NCBI GenBank assembly: GCA_051532055.1
Contig: JAOPTX010000016.1
Span: forward strand, 36,059-100,058
Length of the DNA stretch: 64,000 nt
Reading direction: 5' to 3'
Source of the DNA: Fibrobacterales bacterium
Lineage (GTDB): Bacteria; Fibrobacterota; Fibrobacteria; Fibrobacterales; JAOPTW01
Position numbers and translations under genes: made by a program. Positions 61,593 to 64,000 of the stretch are shown piece by piece. The first letter of the stretch is position 1. Every line of letters begins with the position of its first letter. Under the pieces are notes generated by a model. It searched no databases, had not been told where the DNA came from, and worked only from the letters and a program-made list of their open reading frames with translations.

Positions 61593-61868
61593 AATCTTGG
61601 GGTAAAGGTCGGGTAACCCCAATATTAACTAGTAGTAATGAACAAGCAACTTGCCCGAAGGCCTGTTACTATCAGCTAATATAGCCACTAAGTTTTGAGC
61701 AAACAACTGTTATCTTTTTAGGCACCCCTATGTTAATCACATGTTACAAAACAATGACATTTCGGGGCTGTCAACTCTATTCTTACCATACTAAAGCAGT
61801 CAACACTCTCATCAAATAGCCTATTTGTAAAGTTATCTTTACCCTTCAATGCCATTAGGGTCACTTGG

Positions 61869-63329
61869 TCATAAGACCATTTTTGTTTTTTGAGGAATAA
61901 GATATGAGCAAACGTAGCAGAGCATCAGAGTTACCATAAAATTAAGTGCACCATAATAGTGTAACGCAAGTACTTCTACCTGAGTCAACACTACTACACT
62001 CCCTATAAACCCTAAAACACCTCCAACAAACACACCATTACTTGAACACCACTTACTAAACATACCCAGCAGCATAATTGCACAAAGGGGCGCCCCCAAT
62101 CCATTAATCAGTACATTGATCATCTTAAAGATACTTTGATGCGGACCAAGAAGTGATATCAGCATCAGTGCTAAAAGGGTTATGGTACCACCAAGAAGAA
62201 TCGTAATGGTACTCAGTTCTCGCCTTCCCGGCTCAACCCCCATTAATCGTCGTCTAAAGTCTACAGACCACACGGTTACACAGGAGTGTACTCCAGAGTC
62301 AACACTGGACATGGTTGCCGCCATAAGGCCAGATGCCACCAACCCCGCAACGCCAACAGGCATAGCCTTTAGCATCATTCCCATATATTTAAGTGGGGGT
62401 AATCCTTTTTGAATACTACCGTTCTGCACGGCATATGAATAAATAGCCAAACCAAAGAGAGCCAACAATAGTAATGCACCGATAGCAACCGCACCATTCA
62501 GCCAGAGCGCTTTACGGACATCAGCCATTGAAGAGGCCGTGAAATAGCGTTGAACCACAACTTGATCAGAACTATACCGAGTAATAAATGCCACCATCGT
62601 TCCGATAATTCCACTCCAAAAGCTAATTCTCATGGTAGGATCAAGAGAGAAAAATTGAGGGTCAAAAGGAGCTACGGGCATCAACTTCCCACCACTAACG
62701 AGATCACTCAACGCACCAGCAATACCGCCCCCATGAAAGGTTAATGCATAAGCTACGGCAACAACAATTCCGCCAAAGAGAACAAAAAACTGAAGGGTAT
62801 CGGTCATCATAACCGACCGCATACCACCAACTGCCGTGTAAAGAGTCGCAATAACTCCAGCAGCTATAATGACAATTTCCATAGGGAAGCCAAGAGTCGC
62901 TTGAAGAATGCGTCCGGCAGCATACAGAGCTACAGCCATCCATGTGATACGCCATAGTATGAAAAAGCTACTTGCTAATATTCTCACCCGAACATCATAT
63001 TTTTCTTCAAGAATTTCATAGACCGAAACAATTGATCGATTGTAGAGATTTGGAATTATCCAACGGGTTAACGGATAGATGACTAAAATAAAAACGGGTA
63101 AGGCAATCAAAACATAGAGGCCATTTTTAAAAACCTCAGAGGGAAAAGCCATAAAATTTATAGAGCTAAATGCAGTGATCATGACAGATATTCCCACAGG
63201 GAACCAATGCATGGACCTTCCTGCGGTGTAAAATGAATCTTTATTTAAAGAACCTCTCCGTACATACCACCCGATTGCAAAAACTACGAGTAAATAGGTT
63301 ACAAATAGTGAAATATCAACTGCAGTCAT
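61869..63329 (-). CDS. Sodium:solute symporter (SSS family)
   Basis: AGRSM, GGMRSVMMTD..Q, DQVVVQRY, AATMSSVDSG; many TMs. Confidence 0.92.
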   Translation of the reverse strand: MTAVDISLFVTYLLVVFAIGWYVRRGSLNKDSFYTAGRSMHWFPVGISVMITAFSSINFMAFPSEVFKNGLYVLIALPVFILVIYPLTRWIIPNLYNRSIVSVYEILEEKYDVRVRILASSFFILWRITWMAVALYAAGRILQATLGFPMEIVIIAAGVIATLYTAVGGMRSVMMTDTLQFFVLFGGIVVAVAYALTFHGGGIAGALSDLVSGGKLMPVAPFDPQFFSLDPTMRISFWSGIIGTMVAFITRYSSDQVVVQRYFTASSMADVRKALWLNGAVAIGALLLLALFGLAIYSYAVQNGSIQKGLPPLKYMGMMLKAMPVGVAGLVASGLMAATMSSVDSGVHSCVTVWSVDFRRRLMGVEPGRRELSTITILLGGTITLLALMLISLLGPHQSIFKMINVLINGLGAPLCAIMLLGMFSKWCSSNGVFVGGVLGFIGSVVVLTQVEVLALHYYGALNFMVTLMLCYVCSYLIPQKTKMVL

Positions 63330-63547
63330 AGTTACTCCTTATCATTCTGGCAAATATAATTTATTCTCATATACACAGAGCTCCATCATCACCCTACCCC
63401 AAAATAGCGACTAAAACGCGCTTACTTTTAGGGGCCACGCAACCCACAAAGCCCCTTTCTATAAGGGTTTAACTAGAATATTCCTATTGACCACCCCCAC
63501 CACATATTAATAGATTAACGTCAAATCACAAAACAAGCAAGGGTGTA

Positions 63548-63931
63548 ATGGCTCAGGAATGGTTTCATTTTGAACCGAAAGGCAAAGTTCTACATATTAC
63601 CTTAAAAGGTCAATGGGACGAGAACACGGCTAAAACATACTGTGACGAGTATCAAAAATTCGCATCACGATTCTCAGGTGACTCTTGGGGCAAACTAGTG
63701 GATGCCACCAAATGGGACTGCGCATCGTTGAGTAGCGAAAAGCACCTAAGAAAGCTTGTCGATTGGTCTAAAAAGAACAACCTAACTTTTCAGATTAACA
63801 TCACCAACAACAGTACCATGAAGACCTTTCAAATTCAAAAGATCTTCAAAAATAAAGGCCCCATTGACACCCACTATGTTAATACAAAGGCAGATGCAAT
63901 TAAGTGGCTTCACGAAAAAGGGCACGCATAA
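63548..63931 (+). CDS. Hypothetical protein, STAS/SEC14-like alpha/beta fold suspected
   Basis: LHITLKGQW...LVDATKW...ADAIKWL pattern. Confidence 0.55.
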   Translation: MAQEWFHFEPKGKVLHITLKGQWDENTAKTYCDEYQKFASRFSGDSWGKLVDATKWDCASLSSEKHLRKLVDWSKKNNLTFQINITNNSTMKTFQIQKIFKNKGPIDTHYVNTKADAIKWLHEKGHA

Positions 63932-64000
63932 CCTACTCTAGGTACCTCATTGAGCAGCATATTGACAATGAAAACAAAAGTTTACAAAAAACCCATTGCT

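Noticed and set aside
61700..61730. GGGGTGC on minus strand as TPP riboswitch start
   Set aside because: Lacks the GCTGAGA and CCTGAT core and has no downstream gene in that orientation
61755..61773. TGACA-N9-TGTCA palindrome
   Set aside because: Spacer differs from the N5 box and no repair gene lies downstream
490..62955. Many short ORF-track entries antisense to or nested in long genes (e.g. 26454-26738, 58126-58581, 28433-28822)
   Set aside because: Shadow ORFs overlapping better-supported genes; no motifs or RBS

Overview
AT-rich bacterial chromosome segment, densely coding with about 55 genes. I saw no rRNA, tRNA, CRISPR array or recognisable mobile element. The lineage cannot be determined from the sequence; multiple spoVG paralogs together with diderm-type envelope proteins would fit a Fibrobacterota-like organism (inference). 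Housekeeping genes (glpK, argC, ettA, trpR-trpE-trpG) are mixed with many DNA repair and recombination genes: a WYL regulator, sbcB, ssb, recC-recB-recD, an MrfAB-like helicase/exonuclease pair plus a radical SAM gene, tatD, rmuC and comM. The main result is a 15-bp palindrome, TGACA-N5-TGTCA, found upstream of the WYL gene, ssb, recCBD and rmuC. In the three repair promoters it sits 11-12 bp before a TAnnnT -10 box, matching the geometry of PafBC-type WYL-activated promoters and suggesting a WYL-run DNA-damage regulon. Other highlights: a sigma54-driven spoVG-spoVG-spoVG-like-comM operon, a stand-alone three-hairpin sRNA candidate, an ECF/anti-sigma/exported caspase module, a hybrid kinase lacking its phosphoacceptor His, a near-canonical TrpR operator, and several probable leaderless genes. 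All motif searches were done by eye and are not exhaustive.
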